A DNA stretch of 64,000 bases, from contig CM059431.1 in the NCBI GenBank assembly GCA_030390025.1, forward strand, positions 122,514,001 to 122,578,000, read 5' to 3'. Below the pieces are notes generated by a model. The model saw only the letters and a list, made by a program, of their open reading frames with translations, was not told the origin of the DNA and ran no database searches. Positions 1-12,408 of the stretch are shown piece after piece (the stretch's first letter is position 1; each line of letters opens with the position of its first letter). The DNA is from Squalus acanthias (lineage: Eukaryota). The position numbers and the translations under genes were made by a program.

Positions 1-390
1 TAAGCAGGTGGTTGATGCTGTGTTTGCTAGAGCAAACACTTTTATCACTTTTCCCATGGATAGCCAGAAATAGCAGGATAGAGCTCTGGGGAATGACATA
101 GATTGTAGGTTTCTCCCAAGTCCGGGGCCTCTTTGACAGCACCCATAAAGCCCTGTGTGTTTCTTCAGATCACCCCACTTGCCATCATTATTTGTAAAGG
201 CTTCCACTCCATTAATGTGCAATGTGTGTGATCAACAGCAGCGCATCATGCTTTCCTGGCAACTGCCATGATGCTTTTATATTACACCAAGGCTCCATCT
301 CCCCCACTCCTTGTCCACGCACAGCAAGTGAGAGGTTGGCTGCTTGGGAACAAGGGCTTTCCTCTGCATACTTGGCTCATAACTTCCCCC
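1..390 (+). pseudogene. Degenerate PIF/Harbinger transposase fragment
   Basis: Relic motifs KGFHSINVQ, FPGNCHDAFIL and WLLGNKGF match the transposase at 20607-21767 (KGFHSLNVQ, YPGSCHDAFIL, WLFGDKGY); many frameshifts. Confidence 0.8.
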
Positions 391-394
391 ATCT

Positions 395-790
395 TAGAAA
401 GGACATTTTCATTCTGGAGAAGGTGCATAAAGTGGCAACAAGGATGATCCACAGTGTGAGATCATTGAGCTATGAACATTAAGTGGATACCTTGAGTTTT
501 TATTCGCTGAAAGATAATAGCAGAGCATCTCTGATCCAGCATTTAAGGTGATTAAAGACATGGACAGCAGGCAAGTAGATAATGTTTGAGGTGAGAGGAT
601 CAGGTGGAACTTGAAGCCCCATATTTAAATTGAGGAAGCCAGGAGTGAGATTGGATGCCTAGAAGTTTTAGTTTTACCAAAGGGCAGTCAATCTATGGAA
701 AAGGATACTAGAGAAGGAAATGAATTCTGATTCTTTACAGTCCTTCAAGATATCATTAGGTGTATTTCTGTAAAACAAGATGATCATGGC
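395..790 (+). mobile_element. Old CR1 LINE 3' fragment
   Basis: RKDIFILEKVHKVATRMI resembles the CR1 ORF2 C-terminus (RKDILALEAVQKRFTRLI in the 40400 ORF); decayed. Confidence 0.65.
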
Positions 791-2771
791 ATACAGATTT
801 TAGGAATAAATTATTTTGGAAAATAATTTAACAAATTTATGTATTTTGCAAATAGCAGAAAGGAAGTTGCTTACTGGAAGGATTGATTATGTCTCTCATC
901 CAGGAAATTGGAAATCATCAGAGATGGAACTATTGAAAGTCTAAATGTTGAATGCACACTATCATATGGGTCACAAAATACAGCAACAATCCCTTTAAAC
1001 TGTAAATAATGTCCTCTGAATTACTAATGAACCTTGCTAAAAAATGTAATATTGCTGAATGAAAGCACATTGACGTCATTAGTCAAAAGTTCTGCCAGCA
1101 ATGAGAATGTAAAAGATGTGTCATTAAATAATATCTAATTTCCACACTCTATGTAGTCTTGTCAACAGTTTCTGATTTAATGCAGGCTCTGAGTATTTTA
1201 TAATACCGTCTTAAACACAACATTTTCTGGAACTGCCTCTCATTATGGTAATGACAACTTGATATGCAGATTTAGAAGCATGATGAGCTGACATATTAAG
1301 GCATATAGAACATTGTAAAAGTGACTGGCCTTAAGGAATATTATTGCACTGTCAATACCGAATTTCTTGAGGAAAAAGATTATTTTTAGTGCCCAAATGG
1401 GTAGACTAGTTGGTTAACCACTGGACTGGAGTTTGAGTGGACCTTGGGTTGAAATCTTGGGCCAAGTTACAGGAGTGAGGCATCTCACAGCGTGATCTGT
1501 TAGTTAGACATTTTCGTACAAGTTTAGGATTTTAAAATTTTCGCACACAAAGTTACTTACTGCAAGTGTGAGTGAGGGCAACAGGGCATCTGGGATCTTG
1601 GTGAACAATGGGACAAACAGTGTATTTCCTTAACCAATGAGATTTAAGGATTGAGAAGTAAACAGAGGAAGGACTGAGAGTAGGGTGAATTAGAATGGGC
1701 GAATTCAATGTTAAAGCTGGTCCGAAAGAGAAATAAAGAGAGGGAAAGAAAGATTGGATTAAGAGAGAGAAAAAAAAGAGACAGAAAGGAAAAGTAAGAA
1801 AAATTTTAAAAATTAAAATTTGACAATTTAAAATCTCCAACACTTCACTACCTGAAGGAATGAGACTCCACATTTATAATTGCTCACTTTCTGGGCAAGA
1901 GAGATTGATTAGCAATCATTAACAATTAGCACAGTGTTAAAAGTATACTTACGTTAATAATTACTAGACTTAACTTTCTGTCACGAGTTTAATGGGCAAT
2001 TCATGTGCAAAAGCAGCAACTTCATGAAACTCATGGGGAGGTTAAGGGTGAGATGCTGTTTTCGTGAAGCTAATGGCAGAGCAGCGCAAATCATCCAGCA
2101 ACTTGCAGCGATTCTCAATTCACTCCATATCTCTTCCTCGCCACAAGTTGCTGGTGATTTAAGCATTAATATTGGTGTGTGTCGTTTAGGCACCACTATT
2201 TTTTCAGCAAAATCTGGGCCAATGTGTTTATTTCTTTGAAAATTAGAAGTATAAGGTAATACGTGAACCAAATCTGACAATGCACAAAATGCAAATGTTG
2301 GCTGTTTTTGTACAAAATCGGAATTATAAATCAAAGGAGGAACAATATATATTTATATCCATACAAGAATCAATATCCTCAGCTTAATCATGATAAACTC
2401 AAATGCCTTGGGCTATCAGCAAATAATAAAATCAAACAAAAGGAACAACCGGACATCAATCTTTATTCTTTAGCTGCCTTTCATCCAGTGAATGGAATTA
2501 TGTATAATTAAATGAATGGAATATTCTGAGGAACTCAAAGCCCTCTCCAAATCAGTTTTTAAGAACAGTAAGGTCACAAAGAAATAGGGCAGGGAAATGA
2601 CAAATACCAAGCCTTCATATCGAATGGACTATTTTCCAAGAAATCTAGTCAAGTTATGTCAATTGTATTGCAACAGAGATGGAAGTTCAGTTCTCAGGTT
2701 CTTCTTTGCCTTTTTAGAACTTATGTTGAGATATTTACTTGTTGTTCTCAATAAGACTTCATATTTTTCAT

Positions 2772-3618
2772 GGGGTGCTAATGGGGTGCAAAGCAACTAG
2801 CATCCAGGCGCGGAGATGTTTGCGCCGCTCACAAAATTGACCAGACATTTTGCAGCGGCACTAAACACTACCGCCACGATCTCCTGCGCCCGCAGATCAT
2901 GACGTCAGTCGAGCGTGCAACGCCCCGGTAGCACCCCGGACCGGATATTGAGTGGCGCCCCCTGTCTTACTGCCTGCTGCTAGCAACAACAGGTTGAGGG
3001 GAGCGTTTTGCAGTCGGGAAGGGACTGGGGGAGCGCTATTTAAAGGCGACCGCTTCCTGCCTTTTTTTGTCGGTGACATTTTTGCACCACGCATTCTGAG
3101 AGAGAGAGAGAGACTTCTGGAGAGATTCAACGCTGTGTGAAGGAGTTTTGGGTACTGAGCAGCACTTTGCAGGTTTATTTTGATTTGACCTTCCTTGCAT
3201 TGATTTAGAAGAGACAATGGGGGCTGCACTCTGAGCTCTTTCCCTGGGCCTCTCCATTGTTCTTTCCAGCAGATTTGATATACAGGTCTCTCCAGGCTGA
3301 GATTCAAGGCTGCAATGAGCAGGGTGTGGATGGAGAGCAAGATCGACCCTCCCCTTTAAGAACTGGCCGGCGCCAGTGTGTCTGTGTTCCATTGCTGACT
3401 GACATCACATGAGCTGCGCCAGCGTTCTGAGGTAGCGCCTCGCTCCTCGGCCTTTGCGCCTTAAGACAGATGTGTAGCGCCTGATTTAGCGCTCCAATCA
3501 CCTCCAGGGGTGATAAAAGTCAAGTTTGCAGTCAGAGGCGATAATTAGTGCCAGGCGCTAAACTTTGCGCCCGGCCGATAATGGCGCCCCAAACGGGGCG
3601 ATACTGAATTTTCCCCCC
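2772..3618 (+). mobile_element. Non-autonomous Harbinger, family A, left end truncated
   Basis: Homologous to 19186-20077; right TIR TACTGAATTTTCCCCC present; about 45 bp of the left end missing; abuts and truncates the ERV. Confidence 0.9.
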
Positions 3619-3926
3619 GCTGTTCCATTGATCCAGCGTGAGAACTGATTCTTGTTTTCGTAAAGTCCTTGCCAGAAGCTCAGTTGATTCCTTCTCCATC
3701 CGCAGTGTTTCCTCCTTCGTTGAAGTAACTTGTTGGTCTTTACTTCTTTTGGTTGTGGCTTTTTGCGAATCCAATTTCTGAGGCGTTGCCAAGCATCATG
3801 TGGAGGAATTGACGACACTGTCTGGCTGACCGCCGTCAGTAGTTCGATCACATCCATTTCCTGTGTCGTGTTCCAAGCTGAGTCTTGTAAGACAGTGTAC
3901 GACTGCACCTTGTATCGTTCCTCCAT
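3619..3926 (-). pseudogene. ORF overlapping the pol 3' end (env leader or accessory ORF), truncated by Harbinger insertion
   Basis: ATG lies in the pol QNG codons (CAAAATGGA), the position of the env start in prototype foamy virus; about 103 codons then cut at 3618; no hydrophobic segment seen. Confidence 0.45.
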
Positions 3927-5660
3927 TTTGGTATCCCGCAGGACATCTTTTTAGATTGTCTATAGAGATAGTTTTAAGAATATGCTTGCTATTCAGCTGA
4001 TTAATATGTATTTCAAAAGTTATTTCATTAATAATGGAACGTATTTGAACAGGTTTTTTCCACTTAGGTCTTAAACCAGGTTTTTGCTCGAACTTCTTTT
4101 CCTGTACCCATTCTACTGCTAGGGGTTGCCATGCTTTGTTTGTCAATTTTTTTCTGCCTATTTGTCTCCCTTATCCTCTGATCAATTTGATGTATCTCCT
4201 CTGTTACTACTTTTTTAAAATCTAACTGTCGCTGTCGGGTCAAGGAATCAGAGAGTGTAGAGGCAATAAAAGAACTATGGGTAAGCGGTGCATGCATCTC
4301 AACCCCATACATTAGATAATATGGAGTTTTAGGGGACACTATCCCTGATGCAGATGCGGGCACATTATTAAGTGATAGCTGCACTTCCGGAATGATGGTG
4401 GTCCACATATTTCCCCTGATTCTCAACAGTTTGACCAATAGCTTTTTTACTTCCTGGTTTTTACATTCCACCAGCCCCGCTGATTGCGGATGATGTGGCG
4501 TGCTGTGCTCTAACCCAATCCCCATTTGTTCGCAGTAGTCTTTGAAGACCGTGGAGGCAAAGGGTCCGCCTTGATCGAGTGTAAGATTTTGGGTGCACCA
4601 GCTACAGTAATTATGTCAGTAATAGCATTGGCGAGTGCGTTTTCCGAAACTGTTTTTGTGGGGACCAGCAGAAGCAAGTGCATCCATCTACACAAACGAG
4701 AACATGTCTGTATCCCAAAGATGGGGGAAGTGGTCCAATGAAGTCAATAAAGAATTTTCCCATTGGTTCATCAGCTTTCACAGGAGCCAATGGTGGTGGC
4801 TTAATTAGTGATGACTTATTGGTTAAATTGCATGGCTCACAATTTGCCGCGTATGTTTTACAGGCCTTAAGCATGCCTGGCCACCAATATAAGGGAGTGA
4901 ATTTGCAGAATGTTGTTCTGGCACCACAATGTGCTTGACCTATGGCCTCGTGAGCTTCTTTTACAAGCTGTTCTCGTCTGTGTCTCGGGGGCATTTCTCG
5001 GTTTCCCTTGGGCAACTTAACTAGCACAATACCCATAGGGGTTTCTGAGTAAAAGTACTTTGGTGGATATCCTGGTGGATTCTCTTTTGTTGGGTCTAAT
5101 AGCTGAATCAGTTCCTCATCTTGATTAGCTGCCCGTTCTGCCCTAGTGATAACACTAATATTGACAGGCCCCTCTCGAGGGGGTGTCATGCAGAACAAAC
5201 GTTTCACTTGTTCATCTGCAAGACTGTTGCCTTTTGAGTGTACTGTCCCAGTGGCATGCCCGTTTACATGAATCACCTGACAATTCTGTTTCTCCATCCT
5301 CGAACGGAGAATGTCTTCCCACAATGACTTATGTTTTATGGGTTTACCCTTATGATTGGTAAAGTTTGTTTCTTCCCAGAAAACTAGATCTTGGTTATAT
5401 CCTCTTTTACAATAGTCACTATCTGTACAGATTAATGTGGGTTTAATAGGGTCTGCCTTTTCTAAAGCATACCATAGTGCTGTGGCTTCAGCATATTGCG
5501 CTGTCTTATGGCCAAGGGGTATGGGCAGTAATTCTGCTGGATAAAAAGAATAGGAATCTCTAAAATTCCCTACTACTATCTCCATCCCAGCTGAAGATTG
5601 TTGGGATGTCCCTTTTTTAATTGTCATTGACGATCCATCACAGTAAATGACTTGATGGTA
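3796..5660 (-). pseudogene. pol: pol fragment (RNase H + integrase), about three frameshifts
   Basis: [46 protein letters not shown] (RNase H); AH..AHCG..YWWPGM..CEPC (HHCC); [37 protein letters not shown] (DDE); LRPKWKKP..TISIDNLK (C-terminal domain). Confidence 0.9.
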
Positions 5661-6192
5661 GCAGCCATTTGAATTTCCTAATTAAAAGACTTGGCCAATT
5701 CCGACAGGGTTTGCCATTTCATCAGGAACTAACCTCGGTTAGGATTTAATATGAACTTCATAAGAAATTTCTAGACCTCAATGGTATATTGAAGGAGTTC
5801 TGATTTAAGTTCAACAAGACCTGATCAGGGACTTGTCGTCTCTAGAGACTTAAATCTGGGTCTTAGTACCACTGTCAGTAAAACACTCCTTTATCACTTA
5901 ACAATCTACGAGATGGATATTGATATCAATGTAAGTATAGGGTTCTGTATCAACTTGTTAACACACACGTTCATCAACAAATGAAGGGATATTTACTAGT
6001 CCTAGCCCCTTTAGGGCTACCCCCGGATCAGGCGTATTTCTCAGATGTTCACTTTCAACTAAAGTTTGAGGTAGCCGAATCCTAAAGACACTTAATCGGG
6101 TTAAAGGTCCGGGCTATCTCTCCCGAAAGGAAAGGAACAACCCGAGAATGTTACCATCCTCCAGATAGTGCTTTTAATAAGTTTAGCTAGAC

Positions 6193-7119
6193 TGTAACGT
6201 CCCGGATATTATTGGGGTCTGGGAAACTTCCTCAGAGTTCTGCAACTCTTCACCAAAGAGTGTACAAAAATTGAGTTCACGAGTTTTTGATACAGAAGAC
6301 TTATGTGAGACAATTCTAAAAATATATAGAGATTTATTAAAGAACCAACATGCAATGTACAGTTGGTGAATCAGTCAATTGCAACATTAACAGTTCTAAA
6401 AAGAGAAAAAATACTATCTTTTTAACAGAGAATCTTACTTTTAAATCTTAACTTCGCTACAACTTTACAGTTCGTAAAGGTTTCTATACAGGATATCCAT
6501 CAATATCAAATACCTTTGATCCCCGAGGTACAAAGAGTGGTAGACTACAGAGCCGCCTCTGAAGCCGAGAATCACTTTGCCCGATCAAAGCGAGTCTGAT
6601 ATCCCATTTGAAACTTCAAAATTTATACCCTTTTTCAGTGGTATTTCCTTTAAAGTTTCTGCTGATGCAAGTCAATTATCCCTATTCAACTTTCTGCCGA
6701 CCTCTTCAATTCTTACTGCTACATCAGCCAGAATCTTGTCTCATCTCCAGGTGTTCTAGGGTCACCAAATAGAACAGAGTGAAAGGCAGGTGTTCCTTAT
6801 TTTGTCATCTTTATGAGGGCAGATGTTCCTTATCTAATGTGCCATCTTTACGAAGTTTAAATTAGAACACCTTAACCAGGGTGAACCATTGTTTTTGTTC
6901 CCAAAGGTCAGTCTGTCGGAGCCATGTACCTTCTGTTTCAATAAGGTTATTTATTCAGGGTCAACAACTGTCTTATCTCAATAGCCAGAATTCTTTCATA
7001 GCTATTTCATAGTTAGGTCTCTAAATTTCCAAACCCAGTTTGTCATGTTTAATAAGGCCAGAATTCTTTCTTAAGATAGTATATTTTTCTGAATAGGTTA
7101 TATGGCTTATTCCTTCACA
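6193..7119 (-). repeat. LTR (probable 5' LTR of the ERV)
   Basis: Minus-strand TGTGAAGG...ACGTTACA termini; TATAAA at 6627-6622; AATAAA at 6338-6333; no TSD; homologous end at 12408. The 6193 boundary is less certain because no clear PBS follows. Confidence 0.7.
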
Positions 7120-7370
7120 ATGCTGAGTATTTGCAACATTTTCTGTTTTCTCAAAGGCCTTCATTTACCATCCCAGCCCTTGCAAGCGTCCAGCAGCACT
7201 CCCTACACACTTAAAAAACTTTTAACATCTATTTCAGCAATTCACTACTTCAATAAAATCCAAAAAAACACTCCAAAAGCTTAAATACAAACTTACCTGA
7301 AAGATGTGTGTCTCCCTTTAAGAGGTGCTGACATTGCCACTGTCAGCCTGCTTGCACGCCAGGTTAACCC
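7120..7370. mobile_element. Fragment of non-autonomous Harbinger family B
   Basis: Homologous to about 8680-8910 and 54235-54460. Confidence 0.7.
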
Positions 7371-8203
7371 GGGTCATTTTAATATATACGCCTCATTTAA
7401 ATAAGTTAGACCCGACTCCTGCCTGAACCAGGTGTCAATGATGTGCTGCCAGTGGGTGGGAGCAAGCAAACGCAGTAAGAGGCTGCTGTCAGTGGGCTGT
7501 GGGATCGGTTCCCAGCAAAGGAAAGTCTAACTGGTTGGGGTTGTGTGGTTAAGGAGGCGATCCAGGAGAGAGGGAGGTTCCTAGGTTTCCCTATGGGACC
7601 CGGATGAGCACTCCTGCCCACGAGGAATAAAAAAACGACTTGCCTCCTCAGCCTTCTTCTAGGCCCACTGCTCCTTGGCGCCAGGTTTCCCTGGCGAGGC
7701 CAATGCCAGGCGCAGACCTGGTGATACAATGTTAAAATAGTACCAGGTTCTGATGAACTTTATCAGACCATGACTTTTGAATCTTGATGAGGACTTCACT
7801 TGGCTGGGGCGAAAGCCTTGTGGCTGGCCAAAATGTGCTGGCTAAAATCACATGTGGTGCAAGGTCAGTGCGGACCTGGTGAGTTGCACGCTGCTGCAAA
7901 GTTAATCCACCGCATGCCGTTCTCGTCGGCCTCAGGAGGTTAAAATCAGGTCTCATCAGTCAATTCTTCTTATGTAGCACATTTGCCAAGTAAACCATTT
8001 GGGTTAATCAAAAATATATTTGTACCCAAATTTAACAAAGTGATGTGAAAGCACTTTAGGATCTGGCCTATCTTCTGCCATCAAATTTGGCGGTTAGGGG
8101 AAGTGACTGACATTTTTTGGGCGGTCTCTGTAAATGAATTGTTAGCGGCATCGTAGGAACATTTTTTGTCACTTCAACCTCATTTGCATTAGTTCACGTG
8201 ATT

Positions 8204-9181
8204 GGCCTAGAAATTGGCCCACTCACAGTCACGAGTATTCGCCACGATCCGGTCGAAAAATGGCGGCCTCTGCTCTAGCGCCGTCCTCTGGCACGGGACT
8301 CGGTGGCTACCATTTTGGTGAGATCCTTAAGAGGACACTGTGATCATCAGTAACAGAAGGAAGGTAAGGTATGGGACAAATGTTGAAAGCGGAATTGTAG
8401 TCACTGGTACCTCAGGTGGATGATTCCATCCTGGATATCCCAGCCAGAAAGGGGCTAGATGGGTTGCATCCTTCGTTCTACTTCCTTCTCTTCTGAGTCC
8501 TCCTCTTAGGCTTCTTCCTCTTCGGCTTCTTCCCCTTCTGCGTCTTCCTCTTCCCTCTGTGAGCGGATGCTGTAAATCTGAAATGACAGCAAAAAATGCT
8601 GGAAATACTAAGCAGGTCAGGCAGCATCTTGACCTGAGACATGAACTCTGTTTCTCTCTCCACGGATGTTGTCTGACCTGTTGAGTATTTGCAGCATTTT
8701 CTGTCCTCTCAGAGGCCTCCCTTTACCATCCGAGGCCTTGCAAGCATCCAGCAGCACTCCCTACACACTTAAAAAACTTTTAACATGTATTGTAGCAAGC
8801 CAGTACTTCAATAAAATAAAAAAAAATCCAATCCAAAAGCTTAAATGCAAACTTACCTGAAAGATGTGTGTGTCCCTTTAAGAGGTGCTGACAGCATCTC
8901 TGTCAGTCTGCTGAACGTTGTGATTTCATGGTGAGCTTAGGACCCAGTGCTGAACTCAACGCTAAGGTCCAAGTTCGCCGAGGTGACGTTAAGTTGGTGT
9001 GCATGTCACCTCTCCCTCATTAAAATCTGCAGGGCCAATGATCTTACCGGCAGCGCTGCCAGGACTCGGAAATGGCAGATTCCGTGGGACCCGCCACCAG
9101 CTGGCAAAAGAGCAGCGACCGCCCTCTTTTCGCTACTTTTAGCTGGTAACGGGTGACGTAAAGCCCACAAATTTTTAGCCC
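8204..9181. mobile_element. Non-autonomous Harbinger family B, complete
   Basis: TIRs GGCCTAGAAATT...AATTTTTAGCCC; ATT TSD on both sides; internally homologous to 50770-50967 plus 54197-54710. Confidence 0.8.
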
Positions 9182-9189
9182 ATTGACTC

Positions 9190-9770
9190 TAGGTGCTATG
9201 TGTATGATTTTCTGAAACCACCACCACAGGGACCACACTGCGAATGGCTGAGGGCATCACGAACATGAGCCAATCAGTTGTACACAGATGCATTAACCAA
9301 GTAATTTCATCATCCCCATGGAGAATTGGTGGCCAGGTGAGCGAGCATTGTAGTTTTACAAAGTAGCAGGACTACTGGAGTACCAAGGATTTATAGATTG
9401 TGTCTACATGGCCCTAGATGCTCCCTTGGTCAATACCTCCACCTAGTTAAACAGGAAAGGATTCTATTCTCAATGTGCAGCTTACTTGTGATCAGCAGCA
9501 CCCCATCATGCAAGTGAATGCTGTCTTCCACGAGAGATGCTATGATGCCTTTATTTCAAAACGCAACATCATGCCAGCACTCTTTCACCCCAAATGTCAA
9601 TCTCTCATTGGCCTCTGCCAGATCAAGGCTATCCACTGCAGCCATGGCTGAAGACACCTGTGTGATTTCCCAAAACAAAGCACATGTACAATGCTGTCAT
9701 TCAATGCACCAGAGTAATAACTGAGCACCCCATTGGTATGTTGAAGGCACATTTCAGTTGCCTAGCTTCA
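9190..9770 (+). pseudogene. Old Harbinger transposase relic
   Basis: MSQSVVHRCINQV, QGFIDCVYMAL, NRKGFYS/NVQLTCD, IGMLKAHFSCL; stops and frameshifts. Confidence 0.75.
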
Positions 9771-11394
9771 TCTGAATTACTGGCCTCGATTTTAAACCCC
9801 CCCACCCCACCCCCCCCCCCCCCCCCCGATGGGCAGGTAAGGATCAGCCGAAGGTTTGATATTCCTAAAAATTGAGATCCCGCCACAAAGCTGCCGCTTA
9901 TCCGGCAGCTGTAACATCTATGGCAGCGATTCAGGCCCTGGACGAGTCTCCGACTAAAAGAAGGCGGGGGCCTACTTAAGATTCAAAAGTCGCAGCCCGA
10001 TGATGTCATCGGCTCCTCAACATAATTTTAAGGTCCACGCAAGGGGAGTCCTGTGCTGTCTACTGTAAAAATATGGCGGGTGGAGCCAATTGGCCAGAAG
10101 AGGCCCAGGTAAGTTTTTAAACATCCCCGCTCTTTTAATGAGCCAGGAAGAGCAGGCGTGCCCCCTCCCCCAAACCCATCAAGGAGTCCTTGGCCCTTCC
10201 AAGCCGCGGCATCCCCCCGAACTTAGGGGAATCCCCAGCCCCGGCATTCATACAGATCAGCTGGTCTGGCATCAGGGGACCCCATCTTCATCTTCCTCCT
10301 TGTCCTCCTCCTTCCCTTTGGAATCCTCATTCGATGAAGAGTGCTGAGCGACATGTTCCTCCTGCACATCTAGTCCTCAGTGCTGAGTTATATTGTGGAG
10401 AATGCAGCACACCACAATTATCCTGGAGACACTCACTGGCGAGTACTGAAGGGCACCTCCAGACCTGGCTGCATCGTTGGAGCTTGTACCTGAGCAGCCT
10501 GGTATTGGCCCCTACATGCCACTTGCACGGTGCGTTGAGGAGGAAGGCTGTTTGAACATAAGAAATAAGAGCAGGAGTCGGCCATACGGCCCCTCGAGCC
10601 TGCTCCGCCATTCAATAAGATCATGGCTGATCATCAACCTCAACTCCACTTTCCCGCCCGATCTCCATATCCCTTGATTCCCCTAGAGTTCGAAAATCTA
10701 TCTACCTCAGCCTTGAATATACTCAAAGACTCAGCATTCTCAGCCCTCTGACAGAGAATTCCAAAGATTCAGAACCCTCTGAGTGAAGAAATTCCTCCTC
10801 ATCTCAGTCTTAAATGGCCAACCCCTTATCCTGAGACTATGCCCCCTTGTTCTAGACACTCCAGCCAGGGGAAACAACCTCTCAGCATCTTCCCTGTCAA
10901 TCCCCTTCAGAATCTTGTATGTTACAATGAGATCACCACTCATTCTTCTAAACTCCAGAGAGTATAGGCCCATTCTACACAATCTCTCATCATAGGACAG
11001 CCCTCTCATCCCAGGAATCAATCTAGTGAACCTTTGTTGTACCGCCTCCAAGGCAATTATATCCTTTCTTTGATAAGGAGACCAAAACTGTGCACAGTAC
11101 TCCAGGTGTGGTCTCACCAAGGCCCTGTACAATTGTAGCAAGAATTCCTTACTCTTATACTCCAACCCCCTTGCAATAAAGGTCAACATGCCATTTGCCT
11201 TCCCTATTGCTTGCTGTACCTGCATGCTAGCTTTCTGTGTTTCATGCATGAGGACACAAAAATCTCTCTGAACACCAACATTTGAAAGTTTCTCACCATT
11301 TGAAATATATTACCTCACATTTCCCTACATTATACTCCATCTGCCACCTTACTGCCCACTCACTTAACCTATCTATATCCCTTTTAGACTCTTT

Positions 11395-11950
11395 GGGCGC
11401 AATCTTGCCAGCCCTGGGGAGGCGGGTATGGAGGCAGGACTGCCGGGAAAATGGCAGAATTTGGGGGCGGGTGCCCAACCCGCCTCCATGCCATCTTGCC
11501 AGGAGGCGAGTAGCAGTCCCACGTCGGGTCCTGTCTCCTTGGAGGCGGGAAGGGATTACAGCCACTTAACTGCCTGTTAACAGGAAGTTAACAGGCAGAA
11601 AATAGGCTTATCACCATTTTGCCCACACAAGTGCGGGCTTCCCGAAGGCTCCGAACCCCGCCAGGGTCACCGAGGCGAGTATGGGTCTGCGGGGGTCGGA
11701 GGGGTGCCAAAGTGCACTGTGAAGGTAAGTGATGGGTGCAAGTGTGGAGAGGTGAGTATCTGAGGTAAGTGCAAAGTGTTAGAAAAAGTGTACTTACCTT
11801 TGTTTCTTCCTGCAGGCTTCAGCCGGTGGGTATGCGGAGAGTCTTGCACCTCCGTGGTAGAGATGACAGATGGCCGTTGCATTCTCCAATGCAACAACCA
11901 TCTCATCTCTGCAAAAGAAAGAGGTTTGATGAGGTCTTGAATTCAGTATA
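11395..11950 (-). mobile_element. Non-autonomous Harbinger-like family C, truncated
   Basis: TIR GGGCGCAATCTTGCCAG; reverse-complement homologue of 59458-60306 and 56337-57170. Confidence 0.8.
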
Positions 11951-11959
11951 CTCCCCCAC

Positions 11960-12408
11960 TTGATGCCATTCTAACCAAGGTCTTCTGTTTGTATCTTTTG
12001 CATTTAAAACACCTCAACCAGGTGCACCATTGTCTTCTCAGTTACCTCAGTTGGTTACAACACATAGTCGTGTCTCCGTGTTTCATTTGATGTCATTTTT
12101 ACGAAGGCATATGTTTCTTAATTTTCTGTGATTCTTTCCAAAGTGTTGGTTTAAGACACTTTAACAGGGTATACCATTGTGTTCTTTCCAAAGCTGCAGA
12201 CTTAAGGACCTCCAACCTCCTGTTTCAACAAGGCTATTGTTTCAGTGTCAACAACTTATCTTATCCCAACAGCTTGTATGCTGTTTACAGCTTTAGATTG
12301 TTGAGGCTTCCAGATTTTCAAACCTAGTTTGTCATGTTTTAGTAAAGTCAAAGTTCTTTCATAGGATAGTGTATTTTTCTGAATAGGTATATTGCTTATT
12401 CCTTCACA
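11960..12408 (-). repeat. Partial LTR (U3 end) related to 6193-7119
   Basis: Shares TATTTTTCTGAATAGGT..GCTTATTCCTTCACA terminus and adjacent blocks. Confidence 0.75.

Larger units (their letters stand above)
3619..7119 (-). mobile_element. Internally deleted foamy(spuma)-like endogenous retrovirus: LTR, leader, RNase H, integrase, downstream ORF start
   Basis: RNase H and integrase motifs collinear with prototype foamy virus Pol; same-orientation upstream LTR; gag, protease and RT absent. Confidence 0.8.

Noticed and set aside
7746..7770. CTGATGA hammerhead-like core
   Set aside because: No stem II plus GAAA; only a short hairpin
9797..9827. Poly-C tract (G-quadruplex potential)
   Set aside because: Homopolymer expansion within a repeat terminus; no evidence of function
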